DNA of 40,000 nt from the NCBI GenBank assembly GCA_013032095.1, contig WQBJ01000024.1, positions 1-40,000 of the forward strand. The letters are read 5' to 3'. Every line of letters starts with the position of its first letter. The first letter of the stretch is position 1. Positions 1 to 9,411 of this stretch are shown piece by piece. Under the pieces are notes generated by a model. It did no database searches. It saw only the letters and a program-made list of their open reading frames with translations, and had not been told where the DNA came from. This stretch comes from Ruegeria atlantica. Its GTDB lineage: Bacteria > Pseudomonadota > Alphaproteobacteria > Rhodobacterales > Rhodobacteraceae. Made by a program: the position numbers and the translations under genes.

Positions 1-38
1 GCCCCAAGAGCCTGTCGCTGTTCCATGTTCTGATGATC

Positions 39-113
39 TGGCTGGGGTGGTAGGATTCGAACCTACGATACACGGTACCAAAAACCGCTGCCTTACCACT
101 TGGCTACACCCCA
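39..113 (-). tRNA. tRNA-Gln (anticodon UUG)
   Basis: The reverse complement folds as a 75-nt cloverleaf. Acceptor stem is UGGGGUG/CACCCCA. Anticodon stem is GCGGU/ACCGU with loop UUUUGGU, giving anticodon UUG. T arm is GTAGG-TTCGAAT-CCTAC. The 3' GCCA is encoded. Confidence 0.9.
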
Positions 114-464
114 ACGGTGAGGCGCTATCTACGATTGTTGGTTGGAGGGTTCAAGAGCTTTTCGGCTAAAAAATCGGCTTGGAGCAAATTTTATTTTCTA
201 CACTTGGGAAGTGCTCTGTGCTTCGATTGAAGTACGATTGTTCGGGGCGGCATTTGACTGAGATTGGCCCACCGGCTAACCCCGCGCGGACCCAACTCTG
301 ACGGACACCTGAGCGTTTTGTCGTGTCTTCGATAGGACGCGTGCGGGTGGAGGCATAGTTTGGCAGCTTATTATTGAGCGAGAACAAAGTTCGATGGCGC
401 CGTGAATGGCTTCTGAACTGATAGACAAGTATGGCGAAAGCCAGTGGACGGCGGGGTGACCGTG

Positions 465-986
465 CTACTCACGGATTTCCGATATATCGACGCCCCACAG
501 GTTCGACTTTCGAGCCCAGCCGCGATAGCCGCCAGCCGAGATGTGACACCAATCCACGTTGCAACTGCCCAATCGCGCTACGACTCCGGATTCGAATTGT
601 GCTGCGATTTGTGAATTGGAATCGGGGCTGGTGTAGACAGGTAGTAACTCGGATTCGATCAGCACGGTGCGAACGCCCGAAAGTAGAGCGTAGTGAACCC
701 ACCCTCCCGCACCGTCGCGGTCCTGAACTTTGCGCCAGTTGCCGTATTCGGCTGTGATTTGCAGCGGCATGCCGCGCCGTTTGAATACCCAGTCGATTCG
801 ATGCGTCAGCGACGGACCCCGGCGGACGTTGCCCTCGGCGGCCTTCATCGAGACATAGCGAGGCAAGGGCAGGTTGGTGACCGGGCCACGCTTTTCCTGT
901 GCGCTGGCGGCCAGACTGCCCAGCACCAATAGAAATACGGACGAAACCACCAGAAGGCGGCATTTAACCGTTAGAAAACCACTCAC
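465..986 (-). CDS. Secreted bacterial SH3-like domain protein (COG3807/DUF1058 type)
   Basis: Track ORF 465..1265 was trimmed to the in-frame GTG at 986. This gives a signal-peptide-like N-terminus, MSGFLTVKCRLLVVSSVFLLVLGSLAASA-QE. SH3b-like segments include NVRRGPSLTHRIDWVF and ARLGSCNVDWCHISAGGYRGWARKSNLWGV. The exact start is uncertain. Confidence 0.75.
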   Translation of the reverse strand: MSGFLTVKCRLLVVSSVFLLVLGSLAASAQEKRGPVTNLPLPRYVSMKAAEGNVRRGPSLTHRIDWVFKRRGMPLQITAEYGNWRKVQDRDGAGGWVHYALLSGVRTVLIESELLPVYTSPDSNSQIAAQFESGVVARLGSCNVDWCHISAGGYRGWARKSNLWGVDISEIRE

Positions 987-1124
987 TGACTGCCTGCTCT
1001 TATGCCCGTTGATCTGGTTCAGAAAAAAGGTCGTCTCAATGCGATTGGGGTTCTTGTGCCCCGCCTTATCCTGAGCCACGATGCCATGGCGCGCGAAGGT
1101 TTGCAAAGCGATGGGAGGACGAAG

Positions 1125-2111
1125 GTGCCAAGAGAACGTCTGAGTGTTGTCGTTACGCGACGGTTGCCCGAGGCAGTGGAAACCAGACTGTGCGAATTGT
1201 TCGATGTGCAGCTGCGAGACGATGACACCCCCATGACACGGGAAGAACTGGTTGCTGCCGTGCAAAGCGCGGATGTGCTTGTGCCGACGGTAACCGATAC
1301 GATTGACGGTGGATTGTTGGGGCAGGCCGGTGAAAAGCTGCGCCTGATCGCCAATTACGGGGCTGGTGTCGACAATATTGACGTTGCTACGGCGCGGCAG
1401 CGGGGCATTCTGGTGTCGAACACGCCCGGAGTTCTGACTGACGATACCGCCGATATGACGATGGCCTTAATTCTTGCGGTTACGCGACGCTTTCCCGAAG
1501 GTGTCGGCGTGATGCAAAGGGGCGACTGGACCGGCTGGGCGCCGACGGCGCTGCTGGGGGGGCGGATCGGTGGTCGACGACTTGGCATTTTGGGTATGGG
1601 GCGAATCGGCCAAGCTGTGGCCCGCCGTGCCCGCGCTTTTGGGATGCAGGTGCACTACCACAACCGTCGTCGACTACGCCCTGAAATTGAGGAAGATCTG
1701 GAGGCGACCTATTGGGAGAGTCTCGACCAGATGGTGGCCCGGATGGATGTTGTCTCTATTCATTGCCCATCCACCCCGTCGACCTTCCACCTGATGAATG
1801 CGCGGCGGCTGAAACTGCTCAAGCCGTCTGCGGTTGTGATCAATACATCCCGGGGTGAGGTGATCGACGAAAACGCTTTGACGCGCCTGATCCGGTCAGG
1901 TGATATCGCGGGAGCTGGTTTGGACGTTTATGAACACGGCACCCAAGTGAACCCGCGTTTACGGCAATTGCCGAACGTTGTTCTGTTGCCCCACATGGGC
2001 TCGGCTACGCTGGAAGGCAGGATCGAGATGGGCGAAAAAGTTATCATCAATATCAAGACCTTCGAGGACGGGCATCGCCCGCCGGATCAGGTTGTACCAT
2101 CCATGTTGTGA
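1125..2111 (+). CDS. D-isomer-specific 2-hydroxyacid dehydrogenase (glyoxylate/hydroxypyruvate reductase-like)
   Basis: NAD-binding motif GILGMGRIGQAVARRA. Family-typical NTSRGEVIDENAL and LDVYEHG...LPHMGSAT. Track ORF was trimmed to the GTG at 1125, which follows GGGAGG (1113..1118) and avoids overlapping the divergent SH3b gene. Confidence 0.85.
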   Translation: MPRERLSVVVTRRLPEAVETRLCELFDVQLRDDDTPMTREELVAAVQSADVLVPTVTDTIDGGLLGQAGEKLRLIANYGAGVDNIDVATARQRGILVSNTPGVLTDDTADMTMALILAVTRRFPEGVGVMQRGDWTGWAPTALLGGRIGGRRLGILGMGRIGQAVARRARAFGMQVHYHNRRRLRPEIEEDLEATYWESLDQMVARMDVVSIHCPSTPSTFHLMNARRLKLLKPSAVVINTSRGEVIDENALTRLIRSGDIAGAGLDVYEHGTQVNPRLRQLPNVVLLPHMGSATLEGRIEMGEKVIINIKTFEDGHRPPDQVVPSML

Positions 2112-2149
2112 CGCATCAGCGCCGCAAGAACAGTTTTCAGGAGGACGCG

Positions 2150-3943
2150 ATGAGACGAAATCTGATTTCGGGATTGTTTTTGGCGGCGCTGACCTTTGGA
2201 GGAGCGTCTGTTGCTCAGGAAACAGCTGATGCGGTGGCGCCTGAGGGTGCGTCGGACGGGCAGGTTCATGGCCTGACCGAAGAGGTGATTGCTTCGCTTG
2301 AGGCAAAATTGGCTGGTCAGCCAGTCACGTCTGAAAACTGGATGGTTGCTGCGGCGAACCCGCTGGCTGTTGAGGCCGGAGCCAAAGTGCTGCGGGCCGG
2401 AGGCTCAGCCGCGGATGCGATGGTCGCGGTGCAGGTTGTACTGGGGCTGGTCGAGCCGCAATCCTCGGGCCTTGGCGGTGGCGCGTTTTTGGTCTGGTAT
2501 GACGCTGCGACGGGTAAGCTGACAACGCTGGACGGGCGCGAGACCGCTCCGCTGGAGGCGAACCACCGTCATTTCCATGATGAAAATGGCGAACCGCTGA
2601 ATTTCTACGACGCCGTTGTTGGGGGGCTTTCCGTAGGCACACCTGGCACGCCGGCTCTGCTGGAAGAGGCCCACAGGCGTTGGGGCCGCCGCCCGTGGCC
2701 GAGCTTGTTTCAGGACGGAATCGTGTTGGCCGATGAAGGATTCCTCGTCTCACCGCGTCTGGCCACGCTTGTCGAAGCAGATGCCGAACGGCTGTCACGT
2801 TTTCCGGTAACGGCTGAGTATTTCCTGCCCGGTGGCGAGCCCTTGCAGCAGGGTCAGCGGCTTATGAACCCGGAATATGCTGAAACGCTACGAATTCTGG
2901 CCCGTGAAGGATCGGCCGGGTTCTATGGTGGAGAGATCGCCGCCGGTATTGTGAGTACCGTGCGTAGCGCGCCAGGCAATCCCGGCGTTTTGTCCGGTGT
3001 CGATCTGGCTCTGTATCAGGTGATCGAACGCAATCCGGTCTGTGCGACCTACCGGACCTTTGAGGTCTGCGGCATGGGGCCGCCATCTTCTGGCGCGCTG
3101 ACAGTCGGGCAGATTCTGGGCATGTTGGATGGATTTGATCTGGCAGCGATGGGACCAGAGGATGCAAATGCCTGGCGTCTGATTGGCGATGCCTCGCGTT
3201 TGGCCTTTGCGGATCGCGGCCGTTACATGGCCGATCACGATTTTGTCCCGATGCCCACGCAGGGTTTGGTCGATCCTGACTACCTGTCGGAGCGCGGCCA
3301 GTTGCTGGGTGGTGAGGGGGCACTGACCGAGGTCACGCCGGGCAACCCGGAATTCGACCATGCGTCGAATTGGGCGGATGATATCTCGCTAGAGCTGCCC
3401 TCGACCTCGCACATCTCGATTGTGGACCAATACGGCAACGTGCTGTCTATGACCACGACGATCGAAAACGGGTTCGGTTCGCGACTGATGACCAACGGGT
3501 TTTTACTGAATAACGAGCTGACGGATTTCTCGTTCAAAACTCACAGCGGCGGCGTTCCGATTGCCAACCGGTTGGAGCCGGGGAAGCGCCCGCGCTCATC
3601 CATGAGCCCGACGATTGTGATGAAGGACGGAGCGCCGGTGTTGGCGATTGGCTCGCCCGGTGGGAGCCGCATTATCGGTTATGTCGCCAAGTCGATCATC
3701 GCTTGGGCCGATTGGAATCTGGACGTGCAGCAGGCGCTGTCGCTGCCGCATCTGGTCAATCGGTTCGGTACTTACGATGTGGAGCAGGGCACGGCGGCGG
3801 AAGGGTTCTCGGACCCGCTGATCGAGCTGGGGTTCGAGGTCAACGCGCGCGACCTGACCTCGGGCCTGCATGCGATTGAGATAGGCGACGTTCTGATCGG
3901 AGGCGCCGATCCGCGCCGCGAAGGCATCGCGCTGGGCGAGTAA
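2150..3943 (+). CDS. ggt: Gamma-glutamyltransferase
   Basis: Signal peptide MRRNLISGLFLAALTFGGASVAQE. Autoprocessing and catalytic region LPSTSHISIVD. Conserved TTTIENGFGS and GSPGGSRII. ATG at 2150 follows AGGAGG. Confidence 0.9.
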   Translation: MRRNLISGLFLAALTFGGASVAQETADAVAPEGASDGQVHGLTEEVIASLEAKLAGQPVTSENWMVAAANPLAVEAGAKVLRAGGSAADAMVAVQVVLGLVEPQSSGLGGGAFLVWYDAATGKLTTLDGRETAPLEANHRHFHDENGEPLNFYDAVVGGLSVGTPGTPALLEEAHRRWGRRPWPSLFQDGIVLADEGFLVSPRLATLVEADAERLSRFPVTAEYFLPGGEPLQQGQRLMNPEYAETLRILAREGSAGFYGGEIAAGIVSTVRSAPGNPGVLSGVDLALYQVIERNPVCATYRTFEVCGMGPPSSGALTVGQILGMLDGFDLAAMGPEDANAWRLIGDASRLAFADRGRYMADHDFVPMPTQGLVDPDYLSERGQLLGGEGALTEVTPGNPEFDHASNWADDISLELPSTSHISIVDQYGNVLSMTTTIENGFGSRLMTNGFLLNNELTDFSFKTHSGGVPIANRLEPGKRPRSSMSPTIVMKDGAPVLAIGSPGGSRIIGYVAKSIIAWADWNLDVQQALSLPHLVNRFGTYDVEQGTAAEGFSDPLIELGFEVNARDLTSGLHAIEIGDVLIGGADPRREGIALGE

Positions 3944-3955
3944 GAGGTAAACCAG

Positions 3956-5368
3956 ATGGTGCAGGCAGTTGCGTTACCGAGAAACGAGGCCGGTATTGAG
4001 TCGGTTGTCGGTATCCTCAAGCAGAAATTCGGTGACCGTCTGCAAACCGGTCACGCGGTTAGGGAACAGCATGGACACACCACGACTTGGATCAACAATC
4101 AAGCTCCTGACGCGGTAGTTTTTCCCCATTCGACCGAGGAAGTTTCCGAGATTGTCCAAACCTGCGCGCAGCACAAGGTTCCCGTGATCGCGTTTGGCAC
4201 CGGCACCTCGCTGGAGGGGCACGTAAACGCCCCTGCGGGTGGGATTTCGGTAGATTTGACACAGATGAACAAGGTTCTGGCCGTGCATGCCGGTGATCTG
4301 GACTGTGTCGTACAACCCGGCGTGACGCGCGAAGACCTGAACACGCATCTGCGTGATCAAGGCCTGTTTTTCCCCATCGACCCGGGTGCCAACGCCTCAT
4401 TGGGCGGGATGGCTGCGACTCGGGCGTCTGGCACCAACGCGGTGCGCTATGGCACGATGAAGGACAATATCCTCAGTCTTGAGGCGGTGATGCCGGACGG
4501 TCAGATCATTCGCACCGGACATAGGGCGCGTAAGTCCTCGGCCGGGTATGACCTGACTCGCCTCATGATTGGGGCGGAAGGCACGTTGGGCATCATCACC
4601 GAACTCACGTTGCGTCTGCAGGGTATCCCCGAGGCGATCACCTCGGCTCGGTGTTCCTTTCCGACGGTTGATGCAGCCTGTCAGGCGGTAATGATGACGA
4701 TCCAATACGGGGTGCCCGTAGCCCGGATCGAACTGTTGGACGAGTTGTCAGTTAAGGCCGCTAACGCGTATTCCGGCCTCACCTTGCCGGAAACGCCACT
4801 GTTGTTGCTGGAATTTCACGGCTCGGAAACCGGTGCTGTCGAGCAGGCCGAGACCTTTGGCCAGATTGCAGAAGAGTTCGGAGGTTCAGATTTCGCAGCG
4901 ACTTCGACAACGGAAGAACGCAACAAGCTGTGGCAAGCCCGCCATGATATGTATTGGGCCAGCCTTCAACTGCGCCCCGGAGCCCGAGGGATTTCCACAG
5001 ATGTCTGCGTTCCGATCTCGCGCTTGGCGGAATGTGTTTCCGCAACGCAGGTTAAGGCGGAAGAGCTTGGACTGATGGCGCCTATCGTCGGGCATGTTGG
5101 GGACGGGAATTTCCACACATTGCTCCTCATCGACATGGAAAATGCAGATGAAGTGGCCCACGCGGACGGATTTGTCGGGTGGTTGAACGACCTGGCGATT
5201 TCGATGGAAGGAACATGTACGGGCGAGCATGGAATCGGGCAAGGCAAGCGGCCCTATCTGGTCAAGGAGCTTGGCCCCGCCGTGACCTATATGGATGCGA
5301 TCAAAAAAGCCTTGGACCCTGATAATATTATGAACCCCGGGAAAATTGTGCCGTCTGCGGAGTTCTAA
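3956..5368 (+). CDS. FAD-linked oxidase (D-lactate dehydrogenase / GlcD-like)
   Basis: FAD-binding PCMH-type region (VPVIAFGTGTSLEGH, GGISVDL..MNKVL, PGVTREDLN). C-terminal GTCTGEHGIGQGKRPYL and DPDNIMNPGK motifs typical of the family. AAGAGG lies upstream of the ATG. Confidence 0.85.
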   Translation: MVQAVALPRNEAGIESVVGILKQKFGDRLQTGHAVREQHGHTTTWINNQAPDAVVFPHSTEEVSEIVQTCAQHKVPVIAFGTGTSLEGHVNAPAGGISVDLTQMNKVLAVHAGDLDCVVQPGVTREDLNTHLRDQGLFFPIDPGANASLGGMAATRASGTNAVRYGTMKDNILSLEAVMPDGQIIRTGHRARKSSAGYDLTRLMIGAEGTLGIITELTLRLQGIPEAITSARCSFPTVDAACQAVMMTIQYGVPVARIELLDELSVKAANAYSGLTLPETPLLLLEFHGSETGAVEQAETFGQIAEEFGGSDFAATSTTEERNKLWQARHDMYWASLQLRPGARGISTDVCVPISRLAECVSATQVKAEELGLMAPIVGHVGDGNFHTLLLIDMENADEVAHADGFVGWLNDLAISMEGTCTGEHGIGQGKRPYLVKELGPAVTYMDAIKKALDPDNIMNPGKIVPSAEF

Positions 5369-5461
5369 AACTCTGTCAGTTGTCAGACGAAAGCCACAAG
5401 GCTGCCCAATTTGAACTCTATCTATTGCCGAAACGAGCGGTAATAGAAGTCGAGTTTTCGA

Positions 5462-6739
5462 ATGGGTGCACTACGAGTCATTGGATTGGCACTGGCCGTG
5501 GTATTGGCCATTGTTGGCCTTGACTATTACCAGCAGGACAAAAAGCACGAGGGCACGTTGTCCGCTGAAGCTTATGTGGACACGATCAAATATCGTTTTG
5601 CCCGCCAACAGGACGAGCGCGACGCCAAAGCAGCTGAGCGCGATCGCAAAAAACGCTGGAAAACCGGGGCGAAATCCTTCCTGCCTGCGACCGGAGAAGG
5701 ATGGTCGCGGTATGAATTGACGGCCACCGACAGTGAGGCCGTCAAAGCTGTGCTTTCAGGCTATGGTCCGGCCCCTTTGGTCAGCTCAATTGCGAATCCA
5801 GCAGAATTGGCGCGTCTTTCCGGCGGAGGTGAAGACGCTATGCTGCGCAAGCTTGGTGAAACGGGCATGGTTTATGCCAAGGGTGAGGATATAGCCTGGT
5901 TCGACATCAGCCTGAAACCAGAATCGGCGCGCAATACGCTGGCAGGAATCGCCCTCTCGCGGCAGCAGAATTTTATGACTCAGTTATCCTTCAAAGAGGG
6001 CTTTGCCGTGATCCACGGGGTTGCCTTCATGGAAATTACCCAAGACACATTGGACCCGACCGGCGACTTTCCCTATCGCAAAATCATTGGACGGATCGGA
6101 ATAGACGAAGAAGTGGTGATCCGAATGCATACCAACGCTGGGGATGCCACGATCCGCGAACTCTTGAATGCCGTGGACTATGCGGCGCTAAACGCCTTGC
6201 TAACATTTCCGTCGCCGGTCGTGGGCCAGGGGAATGCGATTGCGCTCGACCGACAGCCGTTGGTCGCCGAGAAAATGAACCACCTGTACTCAGAGATGGT
6301 GGCAGTTCAGGAAAAGAAGACCAGTGATAAACTCAGTAATTTGGATGTGACGGCGGTGATGGTGAACACAATGACATCTGCGGGGTTCAATAGCGAAGGC
6401 TTGATGGACATCACCGGGGGTGAAGTGTTCGAAAATCAGGATGTCTTGCAGATTGGCTACGGGCGGGCACTGCAATTGTTGCTGGATTCAGATCAACGGC
6501 AGGCGACTTTGGAGGGATCCGAGGGCGCAGAAGAAACAAGCAAAGCCAAGAGTTCAGGGTTTTTCTCTAGCTTAAAGGACAAACTGCCCGCTTTCGGTGC
6601 CATTGCAGCCATGGGCGCTGGTTCAAAAGACACAAACGACAGCAAGTCTTCGAAGCCGATACGCGTACACAAGGGTGGCCTAGGGGCTTCTTGCGCGAAG
6701 ATTGGCAGCAGCAAGCGGTGCGCCGTCTCTGGCCAATAA
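5462..6739 (+). CDS. Hypothetical membrane-anchored protein
   Basis: 425-aa ORF with a single N-terminal hydrophobic helix (LRVIGLALAVVLAIVGL) and a Ser/Lys-rich tail. No recognisable domain. The coding call rests on ORF length and the lack of a competing gene. Confidence 0.55.
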   Translation: MGALRVIGLALAVVLAIVGLDYYQQDKKHEGTLSAEAYVDTIKYRFARQQDERDAKAAERDRKKRWKTGAKSFLPATGEGWSRYELTATDSEAVKAVLSGYGPAPLVSSIANPAELARLSGGGEDAMLRKLGETGMVYAKGEDIAWFDISLKPESARNTLAGIALSRQQNFMTQLSFKEGFAVIHGVAFMEITQDTLDPTGDFPYRKIIGRIGIDEEVVIRMHTNAGDATIRELLNAVDYAALNALLTFPSPVVGQGNAIALDRQPLVAEKMNHLYSEMVAVQEKKTSDKLSNLDVTAVMVNTMTSAGFNSEGLMDITGGEVFENQDVLQIGYGRALQLLLDSDQRQATLEGSEGAEETSKAKSSGFFSSLKDKLPAFGAIAAMGAGSKDTNDSKSSKPIRVHKGGLGASCAKIGSSKRCAVSGQ

Positions 6740-6769
6740 GGTCAAATTCACTGATTCCACTGTCCATAT

Positions 6770-6789
6770 GCGACGGCGGGTCGTTTTTC
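6770..6789 (+). terminator. Weak intrinsic terminator candidate downstream of the 425-aa ORF
   Basis: Short hairpin (G)CGAC-GGCGG-GTCG(T) followed by TTTTT. The stem is only 4-5 bp. Confidence 0.3.
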
Positions 6790-6875
6790 TTATATCACTG
6801 GTCGGATGAATGTCGCGCCGGGCTCCTCAAATGCGCCATATGGTTGCAACTTAATTCAAGGGGAGACGCCCGGTT

Positions 6876-9383
6876 ATGAAAACCCAAGTCAAAGCACTGG
6901 TCGTTGGCGGCGGCGCCGTCGGGACCTCGATTGCCTATCACCTGGCCAAGGCGGGCTGGGACGATGTGATGTTGATCGAACGGGACGAGCTGACGTCCGG
7001 GTCCACCTGGCACGCAGCGGGTCTGTTGCCGCTGTTCAACATGTCCTATGCGACAACTCACATCCACAAGTACTCGGTCGACTTCTACAAGACGCTTGAG
7101 GAAGAGACCGGCCTGAACGCGGGTTTTGCCGTGGTCGGCAACCTGCGGATGGCGCAGACGCAAGAGCGTATGGATGAATACATGCTTTATGCGTCCACTG
7201 CCGAGACTTGTGACGTTGCGTATGAATGGCTGACGCCCGAGCAGATCAAGGAACGCTGGCCGCTGATCGAGACTTCGGACCTGAAGGGTGCGATCTATCA
7301 CACCGAAGACGGCTACATTAACCCGGCCGACGTGACACAGGCGATGGCCAAGGGCGCACGTCAGCGTGGTGTCGAGATCGTCCGCAAGATGCAGGCCGAC
7401 GCCTTCCACTGGAACGGCACCCATTGGGAAGTCACCTGCACCAAGATGGTCGAAAAGGGTGGTAACCTTGTTGAGAGCGACGAGCAGGTGGTGATCACTG
7501 CCGAGCATGTTGTGACCGCATCGGGCAACCACGCGCAGCGCACCGCCAAGATGCTGGGCATCAAGATGCCTGCTATCCCGGTCGAGCACACTTTCATCGT
7601 CATGGACAAAGACCCCGAGCTGGTCAAATGGCGTGAGGCCGGCAACCCTGAACACCCTGTTGTGCGTGACGCCGACAACGAATCCTATGCGCGTGAAGAA
7701 CGTGGCGGCTGGATTCTGGGTATCTACGAACATGGCGCACCCGCGCGGTTCGAACATGGTGTGCCGGACAGCTTCCGTGCCGATCTGTTCCCGTTGGATC
7801 TGGACCGGATTGCAGATCAGTACATGGCAATGGCTGAACGCGTACCGTCCTGCGCTGAATCCGGCCTGAAAGACGATTTCAACGGCCCAATCTGCTATAC
7901 CCCCGATGGCAACCCGCTGGTTGGCCCGGCTCCGGGTCTGCGCAATATGTGGTTGGCCGAAGGTTTCTCGTTTGGGATCACCGCCGCAGGCGGCACCGGC
8001 TACTATCTGGCGCAGATGATGGTCGATGGCGAAGCCGAGATCGACATGGCCTCGCTGGACCCCAAGCGTTACAGCAGCAACTGGATGACCACCGAGTTCG
8101 CGGCCCGCAAGAATGAAGAGTGCTATGAGCACGTCTACATCCTGCACCATCCCGACGAAGAGCGTGCAGCTTGCCGTCCGCTGCGGACTGTTCCGGCGTA
8201 CGATCGCCAGAAGGCGCGTGGCGCGCAGTTCGGCTGGGTCAACGGATGGGAACGTCCGAACTACTTCGGCCCGGTCGATGCGCCCGAAAACTTCGACGAG
8301 GAAAGCCGTTCCTTCCGTCGTGGTAATTGGTGGCAGTACGCAGTCGAAGAAGCAAAAGCGATCCGCGAAGGCGTTGGCCTAATCGACGCGTCGGCCTTCA
8401 CCAAGCATGTCGTCAAAGGCCCCGGTGCGACCCAGTTCCTGGATTGGTTCACTTGCAACAAGCTGCCCAAGGTCGGTCGTATCAACCTGACCTACGCGCT
8501 GACCTCGCACGGCACCACCCGCACCGAATACACCATCGTCCGCAATGGCGAGAACAACTACTACATCGTCTCCGCCGGCGCCTGGACCGAGTACGACGCC
8601 GACTATCTGCGAAAAGCGGCCGAGGACAAGATGGAGGAGTTCGGTTACATCGAGATCCAGGACGTGACCACCCAGTGGGGCGTCTTCGCCATCGCCGGAC
8701 CCAAGTCGCGTGACGTTCTGAAAGAGGTCATCAAAGACGCCGATCCGGAATCCGCGCTGTCCAACAAGCGCTTCCCATGGCTGTCGGCCCGTCAGATCGA
8801 ACTGGGTATGTGTCCGGTCAACGCGATCCGCGTGGCCTATACCGGCGAGCTGGGCTGGGAACTGCACCACCCGATCGAAATGCAGAACTACCTGTTCGAC
8901 CTGCTGGAAAAAGCGGGTGAGAAGCACGGTATGAAGCTGGTCGGTGCCCGCGCTCAGAACTGGCTGCGTCAGGAGAAATCCTATCGCGCCTTCGGCACCG
9001 AGTTGGGCCGCGACGCAACCCCGCTGGAAGCCGACCTGCCGCGCTTTGTCGACCTGTCGAAAGACTTCTACGGCAAGGCCAAGCTGGAAGAGACCGGTGT
9101 GCGCGTGAAATGCTGCACCCTGCTGATCGACGGACCGGACGATGCCGATCCGTGGGGCCGCGAGGCGCTGTACACGCCGGAAGGTGAGCGCGTCGGTCGT
9201 CTGACCTCGGGCGGCTACTCGGTGGCCTTCGAAAAATCCATCGGCATGGGTTACGTGAAGCCCGAGCTGGCGGTCGAAGGCACCAAGCTGCAAGTCAAAA
9301 TTCAGGACAAGCTGTGGGATGCGGTTGTCACCTGCGACAGCCCCTACGATCCGAAGAATGAAGTTATCCGCAAGGACGGCTAA
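6876..9383 (+). CDS. Dimethylglycine/sarcosine dehydrogenase-family enzyme (FAD oxidoreductase fused to GcvT-like aminomethyltransferase domain)
   Basis: N-terminal dinucleotide fold VVGGGAVGTSIAYHLAKAG. C-terminal folate-binding GcvT-like region (YTGELGWELHHP). The 835-aa length is typical of the DMGDH/SARDH family. GGGGAG RBS precedes the ATG. Confidence 0.85.
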   Translation: MKTQVKALVVGGGAVGTSIAYHLAKAGWDDVMLIERDELTSGSTWHAAGLLPLFNMSYATTHIHKYSVDFYKTLEEETGLNAGFAVVGNLRMAQTQERMDEYMLYASTAETCDVAYEWLTPEQIKERWPLIETSDLKGAIYHTEDGYINPADVTQAMAKGARQRGVEIVRKMQADAFHWNGTHWEVTCTKMVEKGGNLVESDEQVVITAEHVVTASGNHAQRTAKMLGIKMPAIPVEHTFIVMDKDPELVKWREAGNPEHPVVRDADNESYAREERGGWILGIYEHGAPARFEHGVPDSFRADLFPLDLDRIADQYMAMAERVPSCAESGLKDDFNGPICYTPDGNPLVGPAPGLRNMWLAEGFSFGITAAGGTGYYLAQMMVDGEAEIDMASLDPKRYSSNWMTTEFAARKNEECYEHVYILHHPDEERAACRPLRTVPAYDRQKARGAQFGWVNGWERPNYFGPVDAPENFDEESRSFRRGNWWQYAVEEAKAIREGVGLIDASAFTKHVVKGPGATQFLDWFTCNKLPKVGRINLTYALTSHGTTRTEYTIVRNGENNYYIVSAGAWTEYDADYLRKAAEDKMEEFGYIEIQDVTTQWGVFAIAGPKSRDVLKEVIKDADPESALSNKRFPWLSARQIELGMCPVNAIRVAYTGELGWELHHPIEMQNYLFDLLEKAGEKHGMKLVGARAQNWLRQEKSYRAFGTELGRDATPLEADLPRFVDLSKDFYGKAKLEETGVRVKCCTLLIDGPDDADPWGREALYTPEGERVGRLTSGGYSVAFEKSIGMGYVKPELAVEGTKLQVKIQDKLWDAVVTCDSPYDPKNEVIRKDG

Positions 9384-9393
9384 TTTGAAAAGG

Positions 9394-9411
9394 CCCCAGC
9401 GAAAGCCGGGG
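9394..9411. repeat. Left copy of target-site duplication (CCCCAGCGAAAGCCGGGG)
   Basis: The identical 18-mer occurs in direct orientation at 20543..20560, immediately outside the two TIRs. The C4/G4 ends are complementary to each other, so the true duplicated length is ambiguous at 14-18 bp. Confidence 0.85.

Noticed and set aside
39-113. tRNA-Gln could be an integration hotspot marking a genomic island at the start of the window.
   Set aside because: There is no integrase nearby, and I noticed no repeat of the tRNA 3' end downstream. Adjacent genes are ordinary core functions, and the casposon target is 9 kb away and unrelated to the tRNA.
6795-8150. Long antisense ORFs opposite well-supported genes. 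Examples: 6795..8150 and 8379..9494 opposite the dimethylglycine-dehydrogenase-type gene, 23988..24764 opposite hlyD, 26770..27981 opposite the BMP gene, 33300..33992 and 34005..34721 opposite xdhB, and 36912..37583 opposite dnaE.
   Set aside because: These are typical shadow ORFs of GC-rich DNA. Their translations are Arg/Gly/Pro/His-rich with no motifs, whereas the opposite strand encodes proteins with clear family signatures.
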